Assembly: GCF_964204645.1 (NCBI RefSeq)
Contig: NC_134025.1
Location: forward strand, 6,386,001-6,450,000
DNA length: 64,000 bases
DNA from: Tubulanus polymorphus
Lineage: Eukaryota; Animalia; Nemertea
Direction: 5' to 3'
The notes under the pieces were generated by a model. It saw only the letters and a list, made by a program, of their open reading frames with translations. It did not search any database and was not told the origin of the DNA. The translations under genes were made by a program, and so were the position numbers. Shown here piece by piece: positions 1 through 15,324 of the stretch (position 1 is its first letter; each line of letters starts with the position of its first letter).

Positions 1-3000
1 CATCAGTTTAAACGGCATCACTATCAACGATACGAGAAAGTCGCTGACCGCCAAGTTCACGATGTAATAATTGGTAGCCGTATGCATGTGTTTATTCCTC
101 ACTACTGTCCAAATGACCATGAAATTTCCCAAAACTGAGAGGAATATGATAACGCAGTAAATAACTATGAATATATAACGAACGGTTGGAATTTGAGTAT
201 AGTCTTCGTACGGGAAATAAATAGAGCAATTATGTTGGTCGCTGTCATCGCCTGAGTCTTCTGTTTGTGAAATATTCGTCGCATTGAACTCTACAGCAGC
301 CATATTGAATATCGTATATTCAACTCCATTGGTGTGAGGCTTATTTGTTGTATTTACAGCCATCTTAGAACCAGAGGATGTCCAGAGAGGTCGAGTGGAG
401 GATGGTTAAACGAGAAACGGTTTATACGCACATTCTAAGACCATCATTAATTATCAGTGCATACTTAATTAACATTTTCTCAATGATTTTTAATGCAGTT
501 GACACGCGGCTTGAGATTTCATCTAAATCCACCATTTATGATATTATCATGTATAATTACTGTTCACGCCAGTCGTTCGCGTCATGATCATCGCATTACA
601 TACATCTCCGTCAATATATTACTGGACCCTCCTGAAATAAAAAAGAGATTGTTATACATTGATGTGAATCATTTTTGTGTTACTTTCTAAAGGTTTAAAT
701 CTCGTGAGTTGAGACGTGTTGTCGCCCATACAGGTATGAATTATGGCACCTAAACTTTCCCCAGTTTCGTATCAGAATATGTTCCATGGTTATTTGCGGG
801 TAGATTGTTTTCGTCACGACACTAGCACATGATTACTAGCGTTCTAAGATCGAGTTGAAGCAGCTAGAACTGACAGCTTTCCGTACGTTCCTACACCAAT
901 CTGTGTGATGTTGTATACGTTCCAATCCATTCTTTCAGTGGCACCTATTTTCGCTAGAAATGACGCCCACACGTTCTCGGTCAATTGACTGTCATTAAAT
1001 CAACCTGAAGTCGATTCAGTGTATTCGTTAATGGCCTTTATTTTCCCTGGCAAAGTTGTTAGCCTATCCAGGCACGATTGGCAACATAATTGTAGTCAAT
1101 GTTATCTTTCGACTAAATGTTTCTCGAATTGTGCATCTATGCACGGATTTTATCTAACGTATTGTTGACGTGGAAAAAAAGATCAATTTTCAGGACGCCA
1201 AAAGTAACGTCGACTAAACCATGAACCATGTTCCTTCGGAGTAGCAACTTTGACTTCATTATATCGGAGTGATATCTCCAAGGTTATCGTTATCATGCGA
1301 TAGTTGCCGAAGCCTTTGTCGTACACTAATGATTTCATTCACGGAAACTTGAGGGTTTTTGTTTCCGTCGTTGACTTCAATTGACACAGAGATTTATTAC
1401 GATCTAGTGTCCACGTTCTGAATACAAATTGCTTCTTTACGCAAAGCTCGATTACTCCTCAATATTGCTGCGTGTGGAGCTGTTCATACTACCGCCTAAA
1501 ACAACACCTTACCGAGCGGTGATTGAGGACGGCTGCGCTTTACGAAAAATGCCCAAAACCACAAAACTGAAAACGTCGGCAGTATTACGTATGTTAACCT
1601 GACGTTACGTATATTCTGGTGAAAAGTAATAGACTTTGTAAACATTAATCACGGTGTGACATAAGTTCATTTCGCCGTCGGCATTGTTTATCTCACCCAC
1701 TCCCGCCTTTACGACATCATAGCAATCGATCTCAGACGTCAGGAAAAATATGCTACATTATAAATCAAAAACACAAGTAAAACAAAATAATAACCGTCAT
1801 ATAACGTGTCCAAATTGGACGAAACAATTTCTTGTATAATTTCAAAATTTGAATTATGATTATCAATACATATTTTTAGATTCATGAGAGTCTGTATATC
1901 ATTATTGGTAAATCAGTCGATTGATCTTTAACGGATCAGGATAAACATGGTACCAAGGCGATATTAGAACTCGTGTCTTGTCAAGGAGACCATTTTGTCG
2001 TGTGTGGAAACCATCTGCATCACGCAAATGGGCGCTTAAACGGCTAGTCATTGCATTACACCATCGTAAAAATACATAAACGACTCTTAATTTAGTTAAA
2101 GGTTACGACCAGACGGGAACTACCCAAAAATATATATCCACTATATGAAGACCTCCGAAATCACCTCATGTTCTTAGCTACACCTGCCTCCTAAGTGATA
2201 ATTCGAAATTTCGTGTCATTTCAATAAGATTCGTTGTTTCTCATTACCTATAGCATTTTTCTATTCAACTCCACTACATTCTACGAATTTCCTGACGATT
2301 TTTAATGCAGGTTACTTCTAGATTAGCCAATAGTGCTACTTGAATTCTGATTTCAATGACAAATCTTCCTTTTTGAACTAAGCCTTTTTAACGCTTCTGA
2401 AAGTATATTTTTAGAATTTGTTTGTTCATGTGGTTTTTTTTAATGGGAGGCAGGATAATGGTCGCAAACAAGAATGAATAATTCATCGCAATTATCGGAA
2501 ATATATCGTAATATAATATGTGTAATCTGGTCACCGCAACGGACAGCATAAGTAACACATATTGACGGTAAAATACAGAACCAAAAAATATATCGGCGCT
2601 GAGCGGATAATAAAAACGAGAGGGGTGAAGAGAGTACAGAATTATGCGTGGCTTTAGATCAGAAATCGGAGCTGAATACAAGAAATATAAAAAGGAAATG
2701 AACTTATGACTATCCTCATTCAAGATTTCTTATTTTTCTAATTTCATCGAGGTATTTCCGAAATTAGATCTTTACGTAGCTGCGTCGAGACTACTGAAAT
2801 AACACTAGACGCTTGTATAGTTGGTCTTGAGAAACAACAGCGCATTCAAAAATTCAACAGAAAATTCAAAATTCTTAACAAAATATTTTCATTTCAATTT
2901 GACGTATGATCTAAGACTAAAACGTAGCAAAAATGATGCACCTGTGATTCACGGCAACAGCCTTTTCCAACAAAAAGAACAGATAGGATTCGTTAGTACC

Positions 3001-6000
3001 TTAAGATAGGACAGCAATTTCGAAGCATCAAAACGAAAAAACTTTGCATCACTTACTTCTTGTGCGCATGTTGTTAGAATCCGCCAGGAGTTTCGTCGAG
3101 CCGCAGACGTGAGAATGACAGTCCGAGGAGAGCGACTCGACTAAACAGTTACAGATGCGTCGACTCGCGTTTCCACACGACAGTCATTTCATAGATATAA
3201 TCAATTCTTAACAGCTATACACGTAAAAGGTTATGCATTTAATCATCATTTATTCAAAAGATCAAAGCTCTGCGTGAAAGCAGCTTCTTCGTTACAAAGA
3301 AATATTTCATTGGCAGTAATGGCAATGAAAAAGAAAGGAGCTTTCATAAACTCGTTCATAATTATCAAAAACTGAAGTCTTTTAGGTAGTCTTGTAGTCT
3401 AGTATAAACTTGATCTGAATTTACGAAAACATGGACTCTGACTCAAAGCAACTGAATTGGCGAACATCATTTGTGACATTTACTTCATATATATGTTTAT
3501 ACATGACGCTGAAATTACGATGTCGTTAAGGGGTCGTTAGGTCACCACTTCGACCGTGGGAGACATGATCTGTATCTACGACGATTAGGATATCTGATGC
3601 CTATTATGTTTTGAAGTTTTATATAATAAAAATCAACGTCGATATCCATCATTCATTGTGTAGGTTCTGGTAGCTATAGTAATACATAATGTTTTTTTTT
3701 GTTATATCGATTCTCGCGCTAATCAAAGTAAGTGCGGAAAATACGAGTTACGATTTCAACATCCGCGGGGCATATATATTTACCCGAAATACAATTCTTA
3801 ACTCGATATTTACGAAGGAGTTTCAAAAGCGTACACACGTTAACAAAATACATATGCATACGCAAGTAGGCGGGAACAATGATCACCTGAAAATTTTCAA
3901 TTTTTCCCGTATATACATCTGCTGACGTCACGAATTCAAAGACAACGCCCGACGAATACTTCTTATTTATAAGGTCACAAAATTAGCCATTATTTTTTAG
4001 AGATGGGTTTTGTATTAACCGATTGAATATGTATGGTCACACGAATATGTATGCGGATTAGAAGAACTAGGGCCTCTTCCACAGATCATGGACGTGTTCC
4101 AAGCATAGAACAACTAATAAAGTTTCACTAGTCATGATAAGACAATATATAATAGATAAGGCATTTTGAGGAAGCTTCAAGTCGTCTGTGAAACGGCTAC
4201 GTGGGCTCCTGTACGATGGTGCATGATCATATTTCAAAGAATTCGCTGATATTGCGACAAACTTATATTGAACGCTTTTATCATCTTCGTTTGTAATAAA
4301 AATCGGTGATCATTACTGCTGTTCTCTAATGCTACCCGAGAAATTGATTCTAGGAAGCCTGATTTGCATAAGTTGTCAACTTTCAGCATAAACCAAGAAA
4401 TATTTCACACGTGCATTAAGCCTATACTGTGTATATTCTTATAGCGTTGACCAAGTCATTGTATCATCATTATCTATCTTGACCATCCTCGTCCCAAATC
4501 CTTCGAGTGGTTTCAACGAAGCTCTGATATCTTTGCTAATTCTTGGCCTCCAGAAATCCTTCATTCATTTCAGTTGCGGTGAGTTATCTATGATAGAAAC
4601 GTCTATCATGAGGCAACTTTACATTATCATCATGAACAAATTGATCGATACCAAACGATACCGTTTAAAAATCATAAACCAATGATCATATCATTACGTA
4701 TCATATCATGGTACGATTTGAAATAGCATTCGGCGCCCATTTAGGTTATTTTGTAGTTTTCTACGAACGGACGAAGAGGCCATTTTAGTGCAACACATAC
4801 AACAGTACTGTAGACGTCTCGGGAATCGATGCCCGCTCTTATATTACATTCGCGCTCTCATTGAAAATATGAATCGGTAGATTTGAAGTGATAACGCCAG
4901 GTTTGCATTACGATTTAACAATGATTCCGCACTGGTTAACAGTTATATGCCGACGTCATAAGCGTTAATCAAACGTTGCCAGCGTTCTCCCAGTTGCCGT
5001 TACCGACTTCACCCCTTTACATTAATACAAATCAGTCGCGAATAATCTGGCATGAGATTTCACAGTGCCGCGAGTCTCGACGTGTGGAGATAAATTACTA
5101 TCAGAGTTACTGAAGGAATGCCACAGTAAGCAGTCACAATATTTTATACAATATTTGGAAGGAAAATTTCTATCAGTGTTTGATGTGACGTTCAGAATCG
5201 ATCAATAGCTTGAATCGATGTAGAATCTGATAGGTATGAATGTGGCCGAATGAGAAAGAAGAGAAACAAGAAATTTTGAAGAAGAAATGGAGAGAATATG
5301 GTGGCTGATAAGGGCTGATAGAAATTTTTGGGATGGATATAAAAAAAAGTATTTCTTTCGAAAACAACGAACCGGAAAAAAGATAACGAATGACTTGTTT
5401 TTCGATTTACGATCTAATCTTTCCTTGAGGAAAGATCTAGGCAGATTAAATCCATTTTGAATTGTAGGATCAACGAAAGCACAAGCTTACAATTCTACCA
5501 TGCATCACATGCTTGTCTGTTCTAGTTTTAATCCGCTCAGATTCGTTCTTCAGGGCGGATTTGAACTACTGCATCTTTTACTAGTTTTACTAGTTGTTAA
5601 CGTCACTATTATTGCTGAAGACAGTAATCACATTAGGACCACTATCCCTTTATTACCGCGTGTTACTTCCACGCTACAAGCTTCGAAACCTAATTCCGAT
5701 ATTAACCATTAAATAACAGAAGCCGGAGAAACATATGATTAAATCAACTTGGCGTACTGAATTAGTGGTCACCTCCAAATGAAGCCAACGATATTTCATC
5801 ACAGAGAAAATAATCACCTTTCCCGGAAAAAATAATCTTAGGCCTGTTTATCAGTTTAACCATGGACTCTAAAACGTTTAAGAGTCGGTGGTTTAACAGT
5901 GGGCGACGATAGTCGACAATGTCGGGGTTTATTTCGATTGATGAATTGCTTTACCTCCGGTAGGACACGAAGCTGCGGACCCAAGTATGACTATGCCTAC

Positions 6001-9000
6001 AATCAAAACAATTTATCTTGTTTTGGGAAATTGAATCTGACGAATGACCAATTAGCTAATGCGTAAGGTCCGTGTTTTTAGCGTCGACGTCCATATGATT
6101 GCCATGTATTGACGGCTTTATCAATATTTGTTCGGAGTAAAGACTGATCTTTTTCGGGTTATATATGCGGCATTAGACTAAATAGAGCTTAGAGAGTCGA
6201 AATTCGCGTTCGTCAGATTTATGACGGCGCTCGTGAACAATGTGGAAAACACGCCAATGACCGTGTTGCAAAATATTACGTTTCTGCGATCCATGTTTGG
6301 CGCCCAAACAGACCTCTTCCTTCTGGACACCTGTCTGGAAATAACTGGCTTACAGAATAGTATGAATTGATACTTGTTGAGTATACCGCGTGCCAATAGA
6401 ACTATTCAAAACTTCATCAATCAAATATGAAACGTTGAGATACGATTTCCGTAAGACGTTACGTAGTAATGAATTTAAAGTTATGAATTATTGCTCTCAT
6501 TGGGTTTGGGGATGGTTATTATGCTAATTGGCCATTTGTTTGGATCGTTGCGATAACAACCTAATTCCCCTATAAACTGAAGAATTTGAATCTATTATAA
6601 TCATACCCACCTGGTATCATTGATGAACCCTAAATTGCCACAACGTCAAAAAAGTATCGGTAAACCGATCATATCTATTGGCGCTTTCACAAATTCCAAA
6701 TCAATTTAGGCTAATTCTATTCAATCAAATCCATTTTCAATTCAATTCAACATCAACTTTCATGGCTAAAAGCTATACAATCGTGCTCGATGACGTAAGA
6801 TACTGTCCTCCAGCTTGGGGTTGTTTTTCATTTTCCAAAATCATCTGAAATCATCGACGTAGTCTCAAGGTATATTATATTACGGTCACCTGTTTTTTGT
6901 TGTTGTTGTTTTACGGAACGTCTCCAAGGATGCTGTAAGTCAGTCATTGTTAACGGGTCTCCTGATCGAACCTCCCTGTCTCTGCATGTTAATTCAGGGC
7001 ATGAATGGCCCTACACATATGTCACACAAGAGAAACTAATTATTCCGACAGTACATACAAACGTGTGATGTGCCTTCAACTGATAGCAGTAATACTCAGT
7101 GAATATACGTGATTTCTTCAGCTATCTTTATTTTTTCACACGTGTGTAGAACTTTTTTCTATTTCTAAGAAGCGCATCAGATTAGAATAAGAATATTAAT
7201 TTACCTGCCTTACGCTTTACATATAGAACCATTTCATAATTCTCGAAATTGATAGACTCAACATGTTGGAAATTCATATAGAAATGAAATATTTTCCTAG
7301 TTACAGTAGACAATTCTATTATCAATTTCATAATCAAATTTGATATACTTACATCATCATGTTTGCCATTTCTACACATAGCCAAATTAGGTATGGACGA
7401 AAAATCTAGTTCGACCAACATCTTTGGTGATTGCCATAAACAGCTGGTGCTACGTATTTATATATAAATATGTTAACTTACCATAAATGCGCGTCAGTTC
7501 ATTATCATATCGCATATGTTGCAGGACCATCATAAAATTTAAAAGAATTTTTTGATTACATAATCCTGATTAATCAATTACTGAATTCTAAATGATAAAA
7601 AATATGATACGAACATCAATCTTTTATATATGAATCTGGAATTTGTACTTACTCAATTCGCAGATATTACACGTAATGGTTTCATAAATGTTCGGCAAAA
7701 CCCTATTCTACTCGGTGTAACACTATTTTTACAAAACCTGACATTTTCAAGACCTTGATACTTCGGTTCATATTCCTCATTACCACCTTTCGCATCTACC
7801 TTCGGCGCCATTGTTCTCAATCATCCAGTACCAAAGGTTCAAATCCTTCGGTACATAAATTCTGTTTTAATGTAAGTCTTTCGACAATTAGAATACCGAT
7901 ATTTCATTGTTACACATTTATGTTTCGTTGATTTCTGAGATATAACTTTAATGCGAATATTAATGAAGAAGTATCAATGTTATGAGCAGTCGATGGTATT
8001 GATTAGTAAAAATAGTTGGCCGAAATTACATCATTTGGAGAAAATAATGAACGGCAGGACGTGTAAAGAATGCCTATTATTCAGCTCGAAATTGGAAGGT
8101 TTCTGGCTGAGTGGATAATCGTAATTATGCCCACTGCATAGACGCAGCAAACGGTTCAGCGATCACAATATAAAAATGAGTAAACCACCGAATATTCCCG
8201 TCAGAAATAACAATCGACGCTTTTTGCTAGAATATCATGAATTAAGCGAAGTAGAATTTCTGCGCAAGATATTTCACTATAAACTGTGGGGGTCAGTGGT
8301 GTGATTCCTATTGATTATTGCGTTAATAATGAAAATTTCGATTTGGATTGGCAGCTACCTTCTAATTACAAGCAAACTCATGGGTGGGATATCAAGCTGT
8401 TATCAAAGTAATAGATCGCAGACTAGCTTCTAATAATAGAGACAGTGCACGCGGCATCATAGTTTGTTAGACCAGGCAGGTACCTCCTCTCGTATCTCCA
8501 TGGTTGGTTGAACGATCGAAGTTCGAGACTTTTCATACAACAAAAGACAGCATGGTCATTTGAAAATCTAAAGGCATCTGTCATATGCAATTGGATAATG
8601 CCATCACCTTTACTAGCGCAGTATCTCGGGAAAATCAATTTGCGATAAATTGAAAAATTATCAAACCCCAAATTTGTAAATATAACTAACGAAAATGTAA
8701 ATATGTACATATTTGATTATTAGATTGATATTAATGTATGTTCTAAATTTTTTATCATGTTGTCTTTTTCTTGGCTCTTTCTTTATTGTAGATATTCCAA
8801 TAACATTATCATTACGGAGCAATAAAGAATATATTGAATTGAATTATGAATCTTGCATTGCATTCACCGTCAAAATGGCGTCGGTCACGTGATGAAAGAA
8901 CATGGCTACACGACCTCTATACAGCTGCATTTACACCCTGTCGATTAATCTATCGTTGGTTATTAGATATCTCACCGCGCCCATGTTCATATTATCAGAA

Positions 9001-12000
9001 ACTCATGCTCGATTAAAAATGACAGTGATTTCCGAACACAACTCATTCCATTTCCCTTTCATTTTATAACGTAGGCCTAAGTATAATCGAATACTGGCCG
9101 TTGCAACTTGTTTCTCGGTTTATAGATTTTTGGAATATTTGAAGGTTAAACGAGTGCGCCTTTTCAGGTCTAACTCGTCACTGGCAGTGCCGTCAATCAA
9201 TAGTTGGTATTTGAACATTAAAACAACCACCCACTCAGTCGATGGCTATCGAAGAAAATATTTCAGATCTGAAAAATAAATGTAAAACGAACAAACGCGG
9301 GCCTAATATGATCATCTCGAAAAAGCATCATAAGTAACTTCGATGGCTGCAAACTAAATGAATCTAATTTCCCCCGCAGATACAGGTGCGTGTCCCAAAC
9401 TCGATTTGAATTCGAAATGTCAGTTGAAATCATTGTCACTGTGAAATAAAAACGATACTTCGGTAGATTTCAAAGCAAGGGATAAATAGCTTTTGCTTTC
9501 TCTGTTTATAGGACCCGGTTGTAGAAAATCTGTGTCTAGAGGTTTGATTAGAAACCAATAAAAAGTTCCGCCGAACTCGGTCTATAGCTGATTCTTTATA
9601 AGGAGACTAACGTATAAACTGTCCAGTCTGCACACGACAATCTCATACAAACAGAAGCCAATGGTGCAAGTAAACAGCCTTAGTAAAAAATTGTTCGTGG
9701 TTGATTAAGCGGCGGTCGACTTCTTCATTTAATCAGCAGGCGCCTGCTCAAACAACATCTTCGATCGGATACAAAAATACGGTGACGGAGTACACCAAGT
9801 TTTATAAATATGCACTAATTGTAAAGTGTGCATTCGATCCAACGAGGAGAATGCTATATAATGAGCTACATTTGATGGCAATACTTTTGCGACCATTAAG
9901 AGATTTACCCTATTTCATTTTCTCACAATATTTCACCGCGACAATTCATATATTAAGCAGTTTCAGAAGTAACTGCAGGAATTTCTCTGTATATCATAAA
10001 ATGAGTGCTGTAGAAGTTGAAGTTGTTAAATTGCGCACTCGGCTGGCAAAATTTCATTTATTTGTTAATCGCAGAGTTTATGTGCAGTGAACAAATTACC
10101 ATCATCGTTATCAGAAAGTTTGAAAAAGTCGAATAAACTCGATGTTTTGAAAAAGGTAGATCTATGCAGGTACTATTTTTACCAGCACCCGTCTCGTTTT
10201 TTTTTTACCCGCAATCTCTCCGGGAATTCCGAGTTGATCTACGACTAACATTATGTTAAGACAAATTCAAGCCAATAAATTACTACGAACGTATTTCCCA
10301 CAGCGCGATTCTTCTGTTGTGCTTAGAAAAACACTCGTCTTCGCACCTCATCTTCGCCTTTTCTTATCTACATAAGTATACATAGCAAATCCGAGCATAA
10401 GAACGAAAATGAAATTTCGTCCGGGCCAGCTTCGGTTCATTTGAAAATCATGAGTCCGAGTATGACAATCATTAGCTTCTCTATATCTACCAAAGTTCAT
10501 TCTAAATTGCCAAATATGGGTAAGCTATAGATTATATTGAATTGCAGAGCCAGGTTCTGCGCAAATGACTACCCTGATGTATAATCAATATTATCTGATA
10601 CAGATTGCTCAGCTGCCACAAATATCTTTTGTCAAATTTAATCGTCATACACCTCATGTGCCTGATAATGATCAATAATCTATCAATCATCGATCGGTTT
10701 ATTCGACGAAAAAAAAAATAGGTGCGTACAAAAATATTTACCTTCTTATGCAGATAAACGCGTCATAAAACTACGATTCCCGTCAAATCTATCAAGCTAA
10801 ATCAAGCGAAAGTTACGTGCAGAGATAGTTAATAACTGCGTAAGGCGATCCGGGAACGCAAAACACCTTATCCCGTGAACGACGCGATTCACAGTAAGAC
10901 GATTGAAAATCCACGTCACGCTAAAAAAGCCCCCCTATACAATGTTAACGACAGAATACTGGCAATCACGACGACCAAATCTTTCGATCATCTTAATGCA
11001 ATATCACAATGTTTCGACATTTATATAACGTACATCCTCAGATTGAGCTTTCGTTTTCCCCGGTGTTAACTATCTTCGTGAATAAAATGAAATAAAATAC
11101 CTCACGTACACACTTTTGAAACGAGTAATAAACATACTTAAGTGTAGCCGATGGAATAGGATAATGCCTTTTCCTTCATTATAGTTTCTGGACATGGCTG
11201 CACGACTGATCTCTATCAATCAGTATATTGATTAAATTCTATCAACTGCCATACAAAAACCTGTTACTCTATATAAAAGATTACCTCGATGGTTCAATAT
11301 TGACCAGTTGACTGAATTCTGTCATCCAATAATTGTTCAAAGACGCCGTGTCCTGCAGGCACTAGCCACAGACGGCCGTTCATTGCCACCGCAAGGTGGT
11401 TGTAATTCAACTATGCGCAACCTATCATCTAGAGAATTGGCTTCATTTTTTCGTTGTATGGAAAAAAACTCGCACACAACTCACAAAGGAGAAAAACTAC
11501 GGAAACCTTCGAGGCAAATGGAAACGACTATTAAGTCTTCCCGTTTCCCAAATGCATTCATTTACTGGAACTTGAAGGACGACATTTCGAGCAGTGAACC
11601 CTTACAACCATCATTTATTCCCATTTTGGAGTACAAATGATTTGAACATATTTGATTCGCGTAGCACTGATAAAGATACAGGTTATATTCAATTAATTAT
11701 CTTTAATTACACCTCCCTGTTGTCTGACAGTCGTCGCATATGCGAACCTCGAATACCGTGTATACCGCTTTATCAAGAGCTGAATTTTTCATTGTTGAAT
11801 TGATGAACGTAAGCGAACCATGAAGGATGCTTTAACGATGCGAGATATGAATTCAAGCTAACGTTTACTTTGGCAATAAAGTTATAGATATGCACAAAAC
11901 AAATGGGGAGATAATGAAGAGATGTACATCGCATGTTTGCCGAAAAAGTACTGAACAAATTAATATTCTGAGTAAACATCGACAGAAAAAATGACGATCT

Positions 12001-13102
12001 TTTCTATGAGGTTCGTGCTAATTTATTACATTAACACTGAGCTCATTCATAAGTGCAACAGCGCAGTTGATATGATAGATTACCAAACAATTTGCCGGAT
12101 ATATTTTTGTGTACAATTTTTTTTGCGACGCGTAGGCTACACATAATACGATAAAAACTATCGAAACAATAACATACGAGCGCGCTGTATTTTCCCACAA
12201 CTGAATGTTTCGAAAAACATCGGCAAAGCATCCAGTACATCATTAAGATCATCCATACCATACGATCTGCGACAAGGCTGTCTGAATGGAGAATGGAAAT
12301 GGAGCTCAGGGTTCATGAATAAATGGTGAATTTGAGTTGAATGGTGAATGGTGAGTTTAGATTGATGGCGTTTATTGAAGAACAAAAAAATATTTACCAT
12401 TCTGAGAGGGAACGATCTTCGTTTATCATGTTCTAATAGAATAATAGGGGAAGCGAAAGACTAGATCACGTCCGTTGAAAAAGGAGTTGAAATTGCAGAT
12501 TATACTCTTTTACATATGCCGCTTTCCCTTGGGGAAATATCACAAACTAATAAAGCCATCCAATTAAAAGATATAAAAAGGGTCGGTCACATCTCTACGA
12601 TAGGATGAACGTTTGGATAATTGCATATATTTCAAAATAAATACTTGTGTATGTACATACATGCGAGGTCGGTTCTGATGGGAATAATCAAGTAATTACT
12701 GATAGTAATGTATATACGTCGAAATAGATGATGGGCAAATACTGCTGGTCGTGAAAGGGGGTCAGGAATTGTAGTCACCATAGTCTTGTACGTATCTGGA
12801 GAATGCTCGATGACAAAATATAACGACACTGACCATAAGCGGTATTTATTCATTGTCATAGATAGTAGCTAAGTTCAGTGAAGTCCTACGCACCAGGTAT
12901 AACCATGGCGAATCTCGAATATAAGTAGATATTCCTCGTAATCGTTTATATTCGTGTGAACTACGTAAAAGGGATTAAATCTGTCAGGTAAGTTTCTTAT
13001 AATGCAGGTGATAAAACTTGATTAACGTATAGTTTGCTGAGTTGCATGATATAACCTAGAGATACTGCGCAGAGAGCTGCAAACTCTAAAAACTTTCACC
13101 AG

Positions 13103-13231
13103 GGCCCAGTTTCACAAAAAAGTGAAACTCAAATTTTTGGTGTAATTGCCATTGGTTACTTCATTTCTTCAATGAGGACAACAATTCAAACTTAACCGTT
13201 TAAGCCTTAAACTTGTTCGTGAAACTGCACC
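13103..13231. mobile_element. Short MITE, PIF/Harbinger-like
   Basis: Imperfect TIRs ggcccagtttcac / gtgaaactgcacc with cag on both flanks (candidate 3-bp TSD). Confidence 0.6.
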
Positions 13232-13606
13232 CAGGAACAATTTGAAATACAATCTAGGCTGAAATGATACCTTGTTTCTCATTTCTGTTGAGCTGAAAAG
13301 TTGACCCAGCCAAATATCCTGTACATACATTACATTTAGAAAAATCTTGATCAAGCTAACCATAACATAGACCTTACAAATTTTATTATAGTTTGTGAAA
13401 TGACCTGGCCGATTAGGGGAAACAAGGTATAACTTTTTAGCCCTAGAACTGTTTCTTAATTTCAGCATATCATAATTGATTTTCAACATGGCCGCTTTGT
13501 TTAAAAATGATCCACTTACTGACAAGGTAAATTGAATTTTTCTCAAATTTGGAGAAGAATGTTATATTTCAAATAGATCTGTCTAAATGTATCTATGATT
13601 TTCTAG

Positions 13607-15324
13607 CACTGTCGTGTAGTGTATGAAATTCCCGGAGGATTGTTATTCGGTTCGCGCATCGATATCCGAGCAAAACCATCGGAACAATTTCGAAAGTAAG
13701 TAGACCCTTATGTTCATAAATATACCAGAAGGATCGAAAATCAAAAAGAATTCTCACTATTTCCCTGATGAAACGCTATGATAGTTGTTTGTGTTTCACA
13801 GATTTTCGGTTAGCTTACTAGGAGATGTGGAAGGAACGCGAAATGGCGGGATAGCTCTCAGTTTCGAATTTGATGCCATCGAAAGTCGAATCACGTTAGT
13901 TTCGATAGTGGACGGCGACGAAAGAGAACGATCGACGTCAGTTGATATCGATCTATTTGCTGAAAAATATTTCGTTTTTTCCATTCATACCCTCCCACTT
14001 CAGTATCGGGTAAGTTTGGGACAAAATAACAACACATTTTTAATTTTTTTCCAAATAAAATTTCGTGAATATTTCGGTTCGATTAATTTTTTTTCAGATA
14101 TTCGTCGACGATATTCTATTAACTGAATTGGTTCATAGAATGGATGTACATCGGGTCGAGTTTCTGCGCATTCAAGGTGACTTACTGATCTTCTGTGTCG
14201 AAATGAGTGACAATTTCTCACACCAGCAACTACTGCCGGTCGGCAGGGATTTACTGTACAGTCCTAGACGTCAGAGAAAACGGGACCAACTTCTAGAACG
14301 AGGCCTCGACGAGCAAACGATCCGAAAACAGACGCTAGAGATCTTACCAGAAGAGTACAAGGGCGTGATTGATGATATGGATAGAGCTAGCGTGTCATTA
14401 GATGAGGAAATTGACAGACTGTCGCGTACATCGGATATGGAGTTAGAACATCACGACGGCATATCCTTAAAATCGTCTGCTAAAAGCTCAGACGCAGAAG
14501 AAAGCGCTCGTGAACACGGCAAACAAGGACAGCCTCGAGAGGCGGGTGAAATGCCAGTCAAACTTCGGAAGACGTCGAAGAGAAACTTCAAGAGGTTTCT
14601 GGGAAAATTTTCGAAGTCTGCGCGGAAAACGGAAGAGATTTCCCCGCAGGTACATAGAAAAGAGTACGCAGTTGATAACACCGGGTTTAAACCATCGCCA
14701 ACTGTGAACCGTGAATTGAAGACTATAGCAATCAAAAAACCCATCAGTGATTCGGAGGATTTGTCCGACTTTTCGACGGACATGGAGAATTATTTACAGA
14801 AAACAGATTCTGAATTGGACGGCTATGAAAGTCCATCACAACTACTGAAGGAATTGGAGGAAATTGCTAATGCTTCGGCCAAGCATATCGGTGGTGGAAA
14901 TGTAGGTGTTGCCGTTCCTAGGCGTAAAACGTTAGAACATGGTGACCGCGATTCTGGAGTTTCGGTCGATACGCAAACCAAACTGAATGTCATCGGTGCT
15001 GACCAATCGGAAGAGAAGCTACACTCTTTGATGACGTCAGCCCTGTCAGCGATGAACAGAAATTCGGCTGCCTGCGCCTACCACGAAGATACTACCCGCT
15101 CGGATGGTAAGGTGAGCTTCCACGTGATTCACCACCACGTTCACCACAATGCCGGTATTCTTACCGAAGTTAACCAACCTACTAGCCGTGAGGTCGAATG
15201 GCAGGCGAAGGAGACTGATAAGATCCTTGAAACGTGGAAACGCTCTACGACGAAAAAGGATGCCAACATAATGACCGTGAAACAAACCATTTTTCAACGA
15301 TGTTTCTGGTGTTGCTACTCATAA
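13607..15324 (+). CDS. Galectin-domain protein with degenerate sugar-binding site and long low-complexity C-terminal tail (5' coding exon not identified)
   Basis: Phase-consistent GT-AG exons 13607-13695, 13802-14009 and 14098-15324 give HCRVVYEIPGGLLFGSRIDIRAKPSEQFRK-FSVSLLGD...GIALSFEFD...KYFVFSIHTLPLQYR-IFVDDILLTELVHRMDVHRVEFLRIQGDLLIFCVEM. This follows the galectin CRD pattern (IPGGL..G..I.I, F.INL, IALHF, Y.I.V, HR, L.I.GD). About 370 aa of charged, disordered tail follow, ending FQRCFWCCYS. Confidence 0.75.

Noticed and set aside
6178-6396. Segment with several simultaneously open frames
   Set aside because: No recognisable motif and no phase-consistent partner exons found.
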